Virus record (IMG/VR): IMGVR_UViG_3300037485_001872
Location: 70,123 to 134,122 of that record
DNA from: a virus
DNA length: 64,000 nucleotides
Reading direction: 5' to 3' (one strand)
Numbering within the stretch: the first letter of the stretch is position 1; each line of letters opens with the position of its first letter. The notes beneath the pieces are model-generated. The model saw only the letters and a program-made list of their open reading frames with translations. It ran no database searches and was not told the origin of the DNA. This document shows, piece by piece, positions 44,201 through 52,590 of this stretch. The position numbers and the translations under genes are program-made.

Positions 44201-44315
44201 CGTCAACACTATCACTTACGGTGTTTAGTGCAAAAGAATATTCATGGTCAGAAAGCGTGTTTGCTTCCCGATTCATACCAATTCTGGCCAGATTTATTTG
44301 TTTGTTATTTTCCAA
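38259..44315 (-). CDS. crAss-like tail stabilisation/muzzle protein (2018 aa), TTG start
   Basis: GMN.......EY.FALN...LQNEPSN..C N-terminus; FMRNEVYPFGI, IRHYKMP, VRGDRT.NKSIVAKGL, TFHSPDTHF, FGGDT.I, SWTISY....FVSYHSY.P. Confidence 0.75.
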   Translation of the reverse strand: MENNKQINLARIGMNREANTLSDHEYSFALNTVSDSVDGNSPNLQNEPSNILCASFPTGFKVVGVGTDIVEDKTYFLLTHPTTRVSQVGYISGNQGVNSLEDIPEECGCNTTEILNTPLELQTPVATCIYYPIIVDTCNKCLGFDVRYPIKNIEIHNGVLYFSDALSSPRFIDTKNLEQYNIFASTCDGDVTQCEGDDRCDEECEDCTECINCEKMLIFKNSERLCITPQEIIYGGTLKKGSYSFLAAYCDAAGNELSDYFGITQPINIFDTGHIVQLQPDQNAQTNYAIKLLVEHRDVTYGYYKVAVIQNTNLNGENTYYIEGVHPISDSTVVYSTENNEKRTTLLQLLSKKTKWLTSESVVLNNGYLFHHGLTAQPEINLQPVFSLMGAFLRWKSGAANEDLYKDGIADSLYSGFMRNEVYPFGIRVFTDDDYESAVFSLVNRPATLSEVEEITTNEDIQSLTEFSPQCVENERNKRWQLYDTATHIDSCNTVGGTVIVENSTIECISETDYSAGSGVYIANLPITYTNLEEFINQYWSDINNPISIYYNLQLSLAIQAALADITPCENLLPTGCTRGAEIVGDRHIIADVVYIDPPNEEVVERTTKVLADYNISAAPAVCNIYQPGTTAQVDDTSFTSGAAYYRYTPINESCSTAVPLQLTSPQGYYTNYLQGTDILSISDISRTATATPGFFAPNLHKKAIWFKFDFGTDLDKILEITSGTVCGSGSETLGSSRDVRISFYTSCVIGAPSIPSQLVNLDTGALISLTRADFGQDIVYVAIDSRYVSVSPTEYYIDPPCGCFGVLQRPIEYTTSSIAYADVIFNKVTKYEVACNVTIPTPSPCTVIPFEYGKFGYVESTEKYPCNQELYDSSGLVINPTQVSGFSDEFETYFKDGLDGDGNYILKNAKLDNTPIRHYKMPSNATSPFMTPVNVRFNESIIFPLGIYIDNSIINAFLDIAVTNSLITQELRDKITRYEIVRGDRTLNKSIVAKGLLYDVYHNVEENGSEDVSVYHSNYPYNSLGLDQFNFTNSNRNTYINHPFNTNNEGGDKNNRWTFHSPDTHFRTPTLPSEITFEGYQFGKSRGTFREVGDHPKYVILGTDAFHLATILGVAEAALESALIIGQAFLDYVNVFYTQVGVDNGANLQGILIGGAFVASISIAQAIAAGAYKAGKYRYEWLTIFRQNGDKSNNFAYYYTSTGWYNYFTAQSIEGNYLRGISASRYLKQGRYNVVEPDATQIRINNVDRESSVFLSIANDTLLNDPFTSQLVKDSLTLTYSDDYRYYDNVTTNRDNASRRTAYEADVCDSKKEIDSNIASQYVSIGNYSPAQYGDIDDIKWLPTSYCGDLTVDNSACDSTIIFGGDTKISRFSLKRKLPFFTTDAMGLANQTPFAYSLYNNIGNVNKFANFDIDLDSGTGIGNGVLSTIWPDIGSTYNFDCYENHFYIRKPSKFYLYSYGIPQFLVESEINCNYRTAQPTPENWFYPQAGDYVWWTQQKNVPIGRDNTYFYNLGYSMNPQGGGYRILPSTYSAASWANRFKYPNGVIASQQFLNENSFSNPFLNYKPLDFYNFPSSYGKLIALTPIESQQLLARFTNQLTVVNSTNDYIKDRLTEQNYLLGTGIFNNARPVEFNISSTGFLGTQNYCSTKSEYGLYTLDAKRGGIFEIAAGGQKMTEISAFKRGGESSGMRQWFKKHLPFKILKNVQGITDLDCDNAFNGVGISMVFDNLLRRLIITKQDRQLKDSVEATIKYIDREFYTSILNDDLEEVLTKISIDDTTYFENVSWTISYDVLKDSFVSYHSYKPNFYLSYSNYFQSGYNNTTGSLYSHHLLNNTSFQVFNYQLYPWIIDIGSATKYSQKVFTSYNYWMDSRRYKNYNNDYAPARLIGFNKAVVYNQNNNSGDMNLVVAQKNNAYQNTQYPIFNTTSTDILTTENENKWNFNMVFNRVKNDISNNPIWINDSNQILKTLNNSALNYLPTWQDRMRGDWFSIRLTQDYTSQYKMIYRWGQENSNITR

Positions 44316-44318
44316 GAT

Positions 44319-45179
44319 TTAAAATTTTGGTAGTAGGTAGGCTATGTTTGCCATGTGACTCCTATTGGCTTGTGTTAATCTTCTATATGATGATGGTTTA
44401 AGAGTAGACATTTTTGCATCGGCCATTGCTAATCCATATTGTACTTTCTCTTTTCCATTGTAATACTGTAAAAGGGTTGCTAAATTAGGGTCATCACCGT
44501 TAGTAAGTAATTTCTCAATTAGACGTTGTTTAAGCGCATATTCTATGTAAGTGGCAAGTTCACCTCTATCTGTTTCTGGAATCACTATATCACCGTCCTC
44601 TGTATGTGGTATGCCATAATATTGCATATATACGGTTCCTTCTGCGAAGTTAGTGTATAAGGTATTATTATTTATTATAATTTCGTGTGGGCAATCATAC
44701 ACTACTAAATTTCTACAATTCTTTGAGCATCTATCTCTTTTCATTCCTTTTCCTAGTTTTAACATCATAGGTGAAGAATAGAATAAACTAACTTGTTTAC
44801 CATTTATATAGACATTCTCTGTAATAGTTTTTTCTTCAGTGGTGGTGCAGCATGGTGTACATGAAAGTCCTGTAACTTTTCTTTCCACTTTTTCTTTCCA
44901 CATTAATGTATTTTGAATAAGAGGAATATCTTCATCTTTACAATAGTAAGAAGATAGGTCACATTTTGCGGCCAGTTCTAAAGAATGGAATCCTTGTGGG
45001 AGTTGTGCTTCTCCAGCTTTTACAGTGATTGTAGTTTCTGTTAGTTCACAAATACTTTGCCCAAACTTTTTTAAATTTAAATATGCCCAACGATACATTG
45101 AGGATTTATCAATCAGTCCACTAGCTTTATACGCTTCAAAGTCTGATTCAATTTCTGCAATTATGTTATCTAAGGTCAT
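44319..45179 (-). CDS. crAss-like tail ring/tubular protein
   Basis: I...TLYTNF.EG.VYMQY.G.P..EDG...IPE motif; lies next to the muzzle-like gene. Confidence 0.65.
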   Translation of the reverse strand: MTLDNIIAEIESDFEAYKASGLIDKSSMYRWAYLNLKKFGQSICELTETTITVKAGEAQLPQGFHSLELAAKCDLSSYYCKDEDIPLIQNTLMWKEKVERKVTGLSCTPCCTTTEEKTITENVYINGKQVSLFYSSPMMLKLGKGMKRDRCSKNCRNLVVYDCPHEIIINNNTLYTNFAEGTVYMQYYGIPHTEDGDIVIPETDRGELATYIEYALKQRLIEKLLTNGDDPNLATLLQYYNGKEKVQYGLAMADAKMSTLKPSSYRRLTQANRSHMANIAYLLPKF

Positions 45180-45643
45180 AGGTCTTTCTTTTTTCTTAAA
45201 ATTTGTTTTAACTCTGTTAGATGTAATTTATACTTTTTACCAGCAAAAATATGTTTAGATACTTCTAGTGCTAGGGGAGATACGAACTCTCTATCCATTG
45301 TATAATATCTCATAGCTTTGTTTTTAGATAGTTCTGTAAATAAACCAATATGGTATATATAGGAATCAGAGTGATGATTATATGTTACTTTACTTTGTCC
45401 ATTGGGGCGTATTAACCTGATTTTTTTCTTACATGGAGTCATCCACACTGCAAAATAGCCTAATCTTGGTATAAACACTCCTGCATCTTTCTCTGCTATT
45501 CCCTTTGCTATTTCTTTAAAAAGGTCTTCCACTATATTCATATATACATCTCTATGTAATACTTTGGTGTCACCTCTTTCTAAGCATTTAGCTCTAAAAC
45601 GTTTATACGCTTCTCTATTTCTTAAACTTACGGCTGGTATCAA
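45176..45643 (-). CDS. IHF/HU-like DNA-binding protein of the tail module
   Basis: Basic protein with GVFIPRLGYFAV (HU/IHF-like V.l..lG.F); lies between ring-like genes as in crAss-like phages. Confidence 0.6.
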   Translation of the reverse strand: MIPAVSLRNREAYKRFRAKCLERGDTKVLHRDVYMNIVEDLFKEIAKGIAEKDAGVFIPRLGYFAVWMTPCKKKIRLIRPNGQSKVTYNHHSDSYIYHIGLFTELSKNKAMRYYTMDREFVSPLALEVSKHIFAGKKYKLHLTELKQILRKKKDL

Positions 45644-46323
45644 ACTGTTTTAGATTTTATGTTAGAATCCATATCTGGGTTTTCATCTGTAGGAATCTTC
45701 CTCCAAGTAGAGGCCACCTCATTTATAGTTTCTGCCATTATGGGTTCTAACAACTTATCTGGGCATATAAAACTATAGTCCCATACAGATGTACATTTAT
45801 TTTTACAATCACATTCTGCTTCTACAGCTTCCTTTTCATCTATTGTTAAAATAGAAAGACTTACGGCTTCTACATCTGAATCTGGGAGGTATAAATATCC
45901 ATTTTTTATTAAATACTTATTTCCAACACTACCAAACTCTCGTCTACTTCTATTTGTGAAATTTTGTAAAGAAATATAGTCAAATTCTTTCTCTCCGTCT
46001 ATTGATGTTACTAATAAAAGACTACTACCATACTTACTAAAAATCATCGCAGGGAGTTTTTGTCTAGATTTCATTAGGTGTTTACATTTACGGAACTCTA
46101 CTATTTTACATTTCACCATGTCCTCTTTTTTCATTTCAAAGCAAGTGATGGGTCTGTATAAATTGTCTTCTCTGTAAAGAGTCCTATCTGCTAGTTTTTG
46201 GCTTATGTAGGTGATTGTTTTAGAACGTAAAATTCCAAGGACGTACCTTTTAGAAATTCGGTCATCTTTTGTGATTGCTTTTACACCGCTTATTGTACGT
46301 GCAACTACTTCTCCGTTGGTCAT
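45640..46323 (-). CDS. crAss-like tail ring protein
   Basis: K....DDRIS.RY...I, C..LMKS..KLP, VTSIDG, YLI.NGYLY, D.F.CP motifs; start corrected to ATG 46323. Confidence 0.65.
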   Translation of the reverse strand: MTNGEVVARTISGVKAITKDDRISKRYVLGILRSKTITYISQKLADRTLYREDNLYRPITCFEMKKEDMVKCKIVEFRKCKHLMKSRQKLPAMIFSKYGSSLLLVTSIDGEKEFDYISLQNFTNRSRREFGSVGNKYLIKNGYLYLPDSDVEAVSLSILTIDEKEAVEAECDCKNKCTSVWDYSFICPDKLLEPIMAETINEVASTWRKIPTDENPDMDSNIKSKTV

Positions 46324-46330
46324 TATTTTA

Positions 46331-46361
46331 CAAATATACACAATTTTATTAATATTTCAAA
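46331..46361 (-). promoter_or_regulatory. Bacteroidetes-type promoter
   Basis: TTTG (46358-46361), 19-nt spacer, TATATTTG (46331-46338) on the minus strand. Confidence 0.75.
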
Positions 46362-46387
46362 GGTAATAAAATTAGATGTTATTATAC

Positions 46388-46416
46388 AAAAAAGGACGAC
46401 CTTTTGAGCCGTCCTT
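46388..46416 (-). terminator. intrinsic terminator
   Basis: Minus strand AAGGACG...CGTCCTT hairpin followed by a T run. Confidence 0.75.
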
Positions 46417-46437
46417 CAATAAATGGTTTAGTATGTG

Positions 46438-47025
46438 TTATTTAACGTCTTTTTGTAAAATGAATAGTTCCCTCTTAGCTTCTGAAGATACTGTATCTGT
46501 AAACATTCTTATAGCATTTAATAATGTATCAAGTCCTTTCCATAAACCGTAGGCTACTGCTTGATTTGTAACCCAACTATCATATACTCCACTCATACCT
46601 AATACGTCACGGAGTCCTGATAATGATTTTGTTTTAAAATCCTTTTGAAATTCTTCATTATCTTTTAAGTCTTTCATTGCATTTCCCCGTGCCAAGGTTT
46701 TACCTTCCTTATAATATAAATATAATTTACCAATCTCAAAAGAAAGCGCATCTGAACAATCCCTATATAGAAAATTAAGATTAGTTCTTATATTTGATAG
46801 CTCTTCATAACTTATTGGACTTTCTAATTCTCTGTAGGAATTAATTATTTCACCGTATTCCTTAGAATACCCATCCATAATATCTTTTAGTTCAACTAAT
46901 CTTAGATAGTTTGTTGTTAAATGTAAGCTTTCTAATACATTATTTAAAACCTTAATGGCTTCCTCTTTTGTTGTTGCGGCTACCATTGCTTCTACTAATG
47001 GTAATGATTTTTTATTACTACTCAT
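46438..47025 (-). CDS. hypothetical helical protein
   Basis: 195-aa ORF overlapping the upstream endonuclease gene. Confidence 0.65.
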   Translation of the reverse strand: MSSNKKSLPLVEAMVAATTKEEAIKVLNNVLESLHLTTNYLRLVELKDIMDGYSKEYGEIINSYRELESPISYEELSNIRTNLNFLYRDCSDALSFEIGKLYLYYKEGKTLARGNAMKDLKDNEEFQKDFKTKSLSGLRDVLGMSGVYDSWVTNQAVAYGLWKGLDTLLNAIRMFTDTVSSEAKRELFILQKDVK

Positions 47026-47680
47026 ATAAATATTTTAAATTAGTTTTATTATTATAAAGTCCATTTAAATAATCTCGTAATGTATTATGTGAAATATTAA
47101 TATCTTTAGCAGCTTGAGTGACTGTGGGATATATAATACCTGTTACGGTATCTATAACCTTTCTTCCTATACCTTTTGAAATACTAACGGGTTCATATTG
47201 TTTATCTAATAATCTAAATGAAGTATTATTATTGTAATTGCCGTTTAGTTTTTTTGATAAGGATTTAATATTAAATAAATTTATAACACTTTGTATAGTG
47301 GGGTATGTATTTCCTAACATTCTAATTCTTTGGTTTTCTAACTCTACATCTGATTTTATACGTCCTGATGTTCCTTCTCCTCCCATTGTTAAATTCACTA
47401 ACGCTCCTACTCCTAAATTTCTTCTACCATAGTTATAAATTAAAAGTTTTTCTAAATCTAAAGCAGCGGTGTTTGATAAATTAAACTCATAAATTTCATA
47501 TATAAATCCGTGTTTCTTTACTATATTTAACCAAAATATATTACGTTGTCCTTTATGTCTAGTTTTAGCTCTTTTAAAATTATCAAAGTCTCCTAATCCA
47601 CCAACCCCTACATAAAAAATCTCATTAGTATCTAATGTTTTATGAATATACACATAAGCTGTATTATTTTCTGGGGTCAT
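47018..47680 (-). CDS. GIY-YIG-like homing endonuclease with NUMOD1-type C-terminus
   Basis: YVYIH......IFYVGVG....RA, A..LE..LI..YGR.....G.LVNLT.GGEG, IYPTVTQAA. Confidence 0.85.
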   Translation of the reverse strand: MTPENNTAYVYIHKTLDTNEIFYVGVGGLGDFDNFKRAKTRHKGQRNIFWLNIVKKHGFIYEIYEFNLSNTAALDLEKLLIYNYGRRNLGVGALVNLTMGGEGTSGRIKSDVELENQRIRMLGNTYPTIQSVINLFNIKSLSKKLNGNYNNNTSFRLLDKQYEPVSISKGIGRKVIDTVTGIIYPTVTQAAKDINISHNTLRDYLNGLYNNKTNLKYLYE

Positions 47681-47693
47681 TTTTATTTATAAC

Positions 47694-49253
47694 TTAATCT
47701 AAAAAAGTTGTGAATTTATTATTAATAAAAATTAATTGTTGTGCTCGACCATTATCATGTAATATAACGTGGGCGTGTAACCAACTGCTGGCTCCTTTAT
47801 TATATCCTGGACGTAAAATAGTGGATGTACCTACAGAGATTGCATTATCTCTTCTCATAGGTGTGTGAGAGTGACCTGTTATTACAGGGTAATTTAGCTT
47901 TCTATATTGTTCAAAAGAACCTCTACTACCATTACTTCCTAAATGCCCATGGACTCCTAATTCGTGAGAGGCTACTATGAAGCTATCATTTTCTCCTAGT
48001 GTTATTATCTGATTACCAAACTCCTCCTCTAGTATATGTGCTATAAGTCCCTTTGGTGCATTACCTTCTAATAATACTTGAGCATACTTCATATAAACTA
48101 ATGAGTTTGCAATATCTTTTCTCCAATCCTCGTTTATATACTTGGTCAACCATTCATTATGATTTGAATTTACAATTACAGGATGGTATTTTAATTTATT
48201 TGCTACCCAGCGTTTCATTTCATTTAATTCCACTTCTATTAAATGATTACCCTCATCATACCTTTTAAATTGTGCTATGGGGTCTTTTACCAAATGTCGG
48301 TTACACGAAATCCCATTAAAAATATCATGGAGTATTAAATAGTCAGGAGTGCAACAGTTTAATAAGTGTTCTGTTTCTAAATTAACTTCTTCATCAATTT
48401 CAGAAACGTGTACATCTCCCATAACAATTGCTGCACATTTATCTATCTTCCTAATTGCACCATTTTCCACTTCATAAATTAAGTCTATAAAACTACCGTC
48501 TTCTGCTGCTTCACATTGTCTAATATAAAACTCCTCCTTACTATTTATCTCCACTATTACAAATCCATTTTTGTGATGGTTCTCTCCCTTCTTTCCTGCC
48601 TTTGAATCTGTATAGTTTGGAATGGAAACACTCCCTGTAGTTAGTATTATTTTTTTAGGGTGTCCCTCTAATACTGGAAGTGCCTGTAAATGGAGTTTTG
48701 GGTGGCCTATGACAGCACTTTTTGACCCGCTTATATCTTCCATACCTGAGAGTGGTAGAACTGCTGTAGGTTGTGTTTTTACGTCTGCTAAAATTGTTAG
48801 GTATTTATGGATGTCATGTCTGGCCGCATCTAAATATTCTTTAGTTTGTGGAGACCAATTCTCATGAATTTTTTCTTTGTAAACAGATGTTGGGTTTTTA
48901 TACCGCAACGGAATCACTGAAAGTTCTGCTTTTAAAAATTCTTTATAAGCTAATAAATTATTCCAAAATTTTTGATGAAGAGGTGTCTCGTTCATCTCAG
49001 ATGTGATTATATAAAAGGAGGAAGGATTTAACTTCCTAGTCTGTGCTATCTTAAAATCATCAGATTGTTCTGCTGTTTTTATATTAGAGGTTAACTTTTC
49101 TCTCTCTAATAACTTTGATATACTTCTTCTCACGGTATCTGAAAAAGGTATACCCCAGTGCTTGGCATACTCTTGACTAAACTCATTAATTGTGTTGTAC
49201 TTTGGAAAATTTAAATTAACGTAGTTTTTTTGTTCTTCGGTGAATCTACTCAT
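47694..49253 (-). CDS. calcineurin-like metallophosphoesterase with N-terminal extension
   Basis: MGDVH, LHDIFNG, NSNHNE, HGH and GHSHTP metal-binding motifs. Confidence 0.75.
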   Translation of the reverse strand: MSRFTEEQKNYVNLNFPKYNTINEFSQEYAKHWGIPFSDTVRRSISKLLEREKLTSNIKTAEQSDDFKIAQTRKLNPSSFYIITSEMNETPLHQKFWNNLLAYKEFLKAELSVIPLRYKNPTSVYKEKIHENWSPQTKEYLDAARHDIHKYLTILADVKTQPTAVLPLSGMEDISGSKSAVIGHPKLHLQALPVLEGHPKKIILTTGSVSIPNYTDSKAGKKGENHHKNGFVIVEINSKEEFYIRQCEAAEDGSFIDLIYEVENGAIRKIDKCAAIVMGDVHVSEIDEEVNLETEHLLNCCTPDYLILHDIFNGISCNRHLVKDPIAQFKRYDEGNHLIEVELNEMKRWVANKLKYHPVIVNSNHNEWLTKYINEDWRKDIANSLVYMKYAQVLLEGNAPKGLIAHILEEEFGNQIITLGENDSFIVASHELGVHGHLGSNGSRGSFEQYRKLNYPVITGHSHTPMRRDNAISVGTSTILRPGYNKGASSWLHAHVILHDNGRAQQLIFINNKFTTFLD

Positions 49254-49271
49254 TGATTAACTTTGATGGTG

Positions 49272-49302
49272 CAAATATACATATAAAATTTGATATAACA
49301 AA
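49272..49302 (-). promoter_or_regulatory. Bacteroidetes-type promoter
   Basis: TTTG (49299-49302), 19-nt spacer, TATATTTG (49272-49279) on the minus strand. Confidence 0.7.
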
Positions 49303-49311
49303 ATTTATTTT

Positions 49312-49341
49312 AAAAACTAAGGGAGGCTATTACACCTCCCC
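49312..49341 (-). terminator. probable intrinsic terminator
   Basis: Minus strand GGGAGG-TGTAATAG-CCTCCC followed by TTAGTTTTT. Confidence 0.6.
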
Positions 49342-49387
49342 ATGCTAAAATTAGAGAAAAAAACCACTAAATACTCTAATCAATGTT

Positions 49388-49789
49388 TTAATAAACTATC
49401 ATTAAAACACCAGTTGCCGTTTGATAAAGTTGTCCTGCTGTAAGTCCCCCTACAATTGCAGCAGCATTGTTTGCATAAGTTCCACCTGTTGTTAAAATTG
49501 GTGTGTTTATTGTGGGAGATGTGAGTGTTTTATTTGTAGCTGTCTGTGTTCCTGTAAGGGTAAGATATGAAGCTTCACGAGTATTAATAGCGGATATAGC
49601 TGCTGACTTAGCAACAAGTATTGCCACTAATTTTGTAAATGCTGACTCAAGAGATTCTCCATCTATAGTTGCTAAATATTCATTGGCTTCCGTTGATACA
49701 CAATTCCAATCTACATATCCACATTCGTCACATACTGATGTAGTGTTGTCCACGGTTGGAACAGTTACGTTATAACAGTTTTTTGTCAT
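49388..49789 (-). CDS. short tail fibre-like protein
   Basis: Cys-rich N-terminus, TLTGTQT.TNKTLTSP fibre-type repeat, C-terminal YANNAAA..GGL..G.LY. Confidence 0.6.
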   Translation of the reverse strand: MTKNCYNVTVPTVDNTTSVCDECGYVDWNCVSTEANEYLATIDGESLESAFTKLVAILVAKSAAISAINTREASYLTLTGTQTATNKTLTSPTINTPILTTGGTYANNAAAIVGGLTAGQLYQTATGVLMIVY

Positions 49790-49801
49790 TTTTTGTTTGT
49801 T

Positions 49802-50740
49802 TTATATTAAAGTTCCCATTATTGGGAGGTTTTGTCTACTTGATATTGGATTGGCCATACTATACTGAGCCATTTTTGAGTCTACTATTGATTGATATTT
49901 TTCTTCGAAGAGGTGTTCTTTATTATAGGTTCTCTTATGACAAGTTGTACATAGTGTTATTCCATTATCCTCATCCATAAATTTTTCTTCATTAATTCTT
50001 AGGGGTATTATATGATGTACTTCTAGTGGATTATCTCTGCTTCCACACTCTTGACAAATATAATTATCTCTTATTAAAATTTGCTTTCTCCATTTATGTG
50101 TTATACCTCTTTTTCTTATTCTAAGAAGTCTTGCTTTCTCTGAATCATCATCTACATATTTATCTTTATTATAACATTCTCTACTACAAAACTTTCTAGT
50201 TTCCCATGCTTTTAGGCCATGGGAAGGATTTCGCTTAAATACTATATTACACTCCATACAGCTTTTCGTTTCAATAGTTTCTCTATCTAACCATCCTGGG
50301 TGATTTTCCTTACTTACCTTTTTACTGTGAGCTTCTCTTTCTTCTATTGTTTTAATCCTACCAAGATTATATTTATTTCCCTTTAAAACTTCATGTTTAG
50401 AACAGTCTAAACTACAGTATTTTCTAGTTTCCCAATATGCTTGTGTTTCCCCTGTTGTTTTTTGGTAACTTTTACCACATTTTATGCATTCTTTCTTTGG
50501 TAATGAATCTCTATTTACCCAATTATGATTTTTATCACCTCGTATAGCATCTCCTTGTTTCTTCTTTGACTCTTCTGTTCGTTTTTGTCCTGTAGTACTC
50601 TTATTTCCTATATGACCTATATCTGAGCACTCTGTAGAGCAATATTTCCTATTATCCCAATTACATAAACTAGCTTTACTTTTTTTATGAAAAGGGTTTT
50701 TACAGTTGAGACACTCTTTTATGGGTTGTGATTTACACAT
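49802..50740 (-). CDS. HNH homing endonuclease with repeated Zn-finger/NUMOD-type modules
   Basis: Three CxxC...RK(Y/F)CS..C repeats; WR..I..RDNYICQECG....LEVHHI.P...NGITLC..CH; probable ATG at 50740 (TAATG coupling). Confidence 0.85.
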   Translation of the reverse strand: MCKSQPIKECLNCKNPFHKKSKASLCNWDNRKYCSTECSDIGHIGNKSTTGQKRTEESKKKQGDAIRGDKNHNWVNRDSLPKKECIKCGKSYQKTTGETQAYWETRKYCSLDCSKHEVLKGNKYNLGRIKTIEEREAHSKKVSKENHPGWLDRETIETKSCMECNIVFKRNPSHGLKAWETRKFCSRECYNKDKYVDDDSEKARLLRIRKRGITHKWRKQILIRDNYICQECGSRDNPLEVHHIIPLRINEEKFMDEDNGITLCTTCHKRTYNKEHLFEEKYQSIVDSKMAQYSMANPISSRQNLPIMGTLI

Positions 50741-51894
50741 TAAATAACTATCATTACTTGACAATCTGAACCAGAAACTTTTTTATATAAATCATTGGCT
50801 ACTAGTCCTCCAGTAATGGCCGCAGCATTTGTTGCGAATGTTGGTAAAGCTGTACTCCAAGTTCCTTTTGTATTATTATATTGTAATTTTATACTACCTG
50901 CTCCTGTGGCAAGGATAATAGAATTAGCTAAAGTGGCAGAAAGCCCTGTTACACCCGCTCCAATAATTGTATTATAACTTCCTGTAGTTAATCCAGTACC
51001 TGACCCTGCACCTAAAATAGTATTAGAGGCTCCTGTAGTTATATTAATTCCGCTGTTATATCCAATTGCTGTGTTAGAAGCTCCTGTAGTATTGGCTGTT
51101 AAAGACCTGGCTCCAACTGCTGTATTATTATTTGCTGTTAGGTTTACTGATAGTGCATTATAGCCTATTGCGATGTTGAAGCTTCCACTAGTATTTAATG
51201 TTAATGCTGAATTACCTATTCCAACGTTCTGTGCTCCACTTAGGTTGTTATTCATTGAATAGTACCCACTAGCTACGTTTCCTGTTCCTGTTGTATTAGA
51301 GATTAAACTTCTAACACCATAAGCTACGTTTGTATCAATACCTCCTCCACCTAGTCCAACTGTAACCCCAATTCCGAGAGCACCGTTTACATAAATATCT
51401 TCTAGTGTGTAATCACCTGATTGGCGACTAAGTTCCAACGAACAGCATGAGGCTTCCGTTTGTATAGCACATACTTGATTTATTAAAAGTTGAAGAGTTG
51501 ATGAGAGTTTAGTTATAGGAATACCACAAGCATCTTCCAAGCATAAAAAGTTGATTCCCCAGGTTGTAATAACTAGGTCATTCGGAATATCTGTAGGAAG
51601 TGGGCATTTTAAAGCTGCCACCTCTCTGATTAAAGTTGTTATTGCTGTGGCCGCTGTTATTTCATTAGTAGCTGTAGTATCTATATCAAAACATGTTGTT
51701 GCAAGAGTAGATACATCAATAGCTATTCTAATATCAGAAAGTTCAGAATATACTTCTGCATTTATTTCTGATTGTACAACACAGCTTTCTGCATATAAGG
51801 TGCTCCAAGATGGAAAATCCATCTCTTCAAACACGCATGTTGAGTACATTTTTTTGCCTCCGCAGGTAGATTTTATTTTGTTTTGACAAGTCAT
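50740..51894 (-). CDS. tail fibre/spike-like protein
   Basis: Cys-rich N-terminus; NxAxGxxAL..NTTG beta-helix-like repeats; C-terminal FATNAAA..GGL...DLY. Confidence 0.65.
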   Translation of the reverse strand: MTCQNKIKSTCGGKKMYSTCVFEEMDFPSWSTLYAESCVVQSEINAEVYSELSDIRIAIDVSTLATTCFDIDTTATNEITAATAITTLIREVAALKCPLPTDIPNDLVITTWGINFLCLEDACGIPITKLSSTLQLLINQVCAIQTEASCCSLELSRQSGDYTLEDIYVNGALGIGVTVGLGGGGIDTNVAYGVRSLISNTTGTGNVASGYYSMNNNLSGAQNVGIGNSALTLNTSGSFNIAIGYNALSVNLTANNNTAVGARSLTANTTGASNTAIGYNSGINITTGASNTILGAGSGTGLTTGSYNTIIGAGVTGLSATLANSIILATGAGSIKLQYNNTKGTWSTALPTFATNAAAITGGLVANDLYKKVSGSDCQVMIVI

Positions 51895-51918
51895 TTTATA
51901 TTATATTATTTAATTATA

Positions 51919-52590
51919 TTAAGCATAGATAAAATAACTTTTATTTTTTCTATAGCCTGTTAACCATGTTGATAGTGTAGTTTGTTTAATATTTAAAGAT
52001 TCTGCGGCTAGTTTTATACTATCATAATAAATTCCTGTTTGAGTATTCAATATAATTTTTCTCATACCATTATTTTGACTCATATTTCTACAACTTTCTT
52101 CAGAATGTTTATATCCTAAGCAATACTTTTTACCTATTCTTGCTTTACTCATTTTTTCTTTAGTTTTATTAGATAATTTAATACCTATTCTTGCTTTGCT
52201 CATATTTCTACAACGTTCTTCAGAAAACACTTTACCAGTAAGTAGTTTACTCATATTATCCTTCCATTCCTGTGGATGTTTAAATCCTAGTCTACTTTGT
52301 GCATGTCTACAAATATTAAACCAACCAAAATAATAATCTAAATAATGTTGCTCTCTAATAATTAGTTTAGTAACATCGTCTACTAGCTCAACTATATCAA
52401 ATACTAAATCTTGTTCTCCATATTTATTAAAATGATTCTGTAGAAAATTATTACTATGTTTATTATTCCTTAAATACCAAATATGGTTATCTTTTCTGCC
52501 ATATAAATTTACTGTACTTCCATAATACCACTTTTCAGGATGAATAATTGAAGAAATACGATATATACAACTTATCTTTTCCCTCCCCAT
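51919..52590 (-). CDS. GIY-YIG homing endonuclease with NUMOD3 repeats
   Basis: CIYRI.......YYGST....R...H...L....H.N..LQ; HSEE...NMS repeats; YYDSI..AA. Confidence 0.9.
   Translation of the reverse strand: MGREKISCIYRISSIIHPEKWYYGSTVNLYGRKDNHIWYLRNNKHSNNFLQNHFNKYGEQDLVFDIVELVDDVTKLIIREQHYLDYYFGWFNICRHAQSRLGFKHPQEWKDNMSKLLTGKVFSEERCRNMSKARIGIKLSNKTKEKMSKARIGKKYCLGYKHSEESCRNMSQNNGMRKIILNTQTGIYYDSIKLAAESLNIKQTTLSTWLTGYRKNKSYFIYA

Noticed and set aside
1781-46341. ORF-track starts giving MYICIM, MYLCIM and MYICKIM N-termini (1781, 4254, 46341)
   Set aside because: These TTG/GTG codons overlap the TAnnTTTG promoter element; the downstream ATGs are the more likely starts
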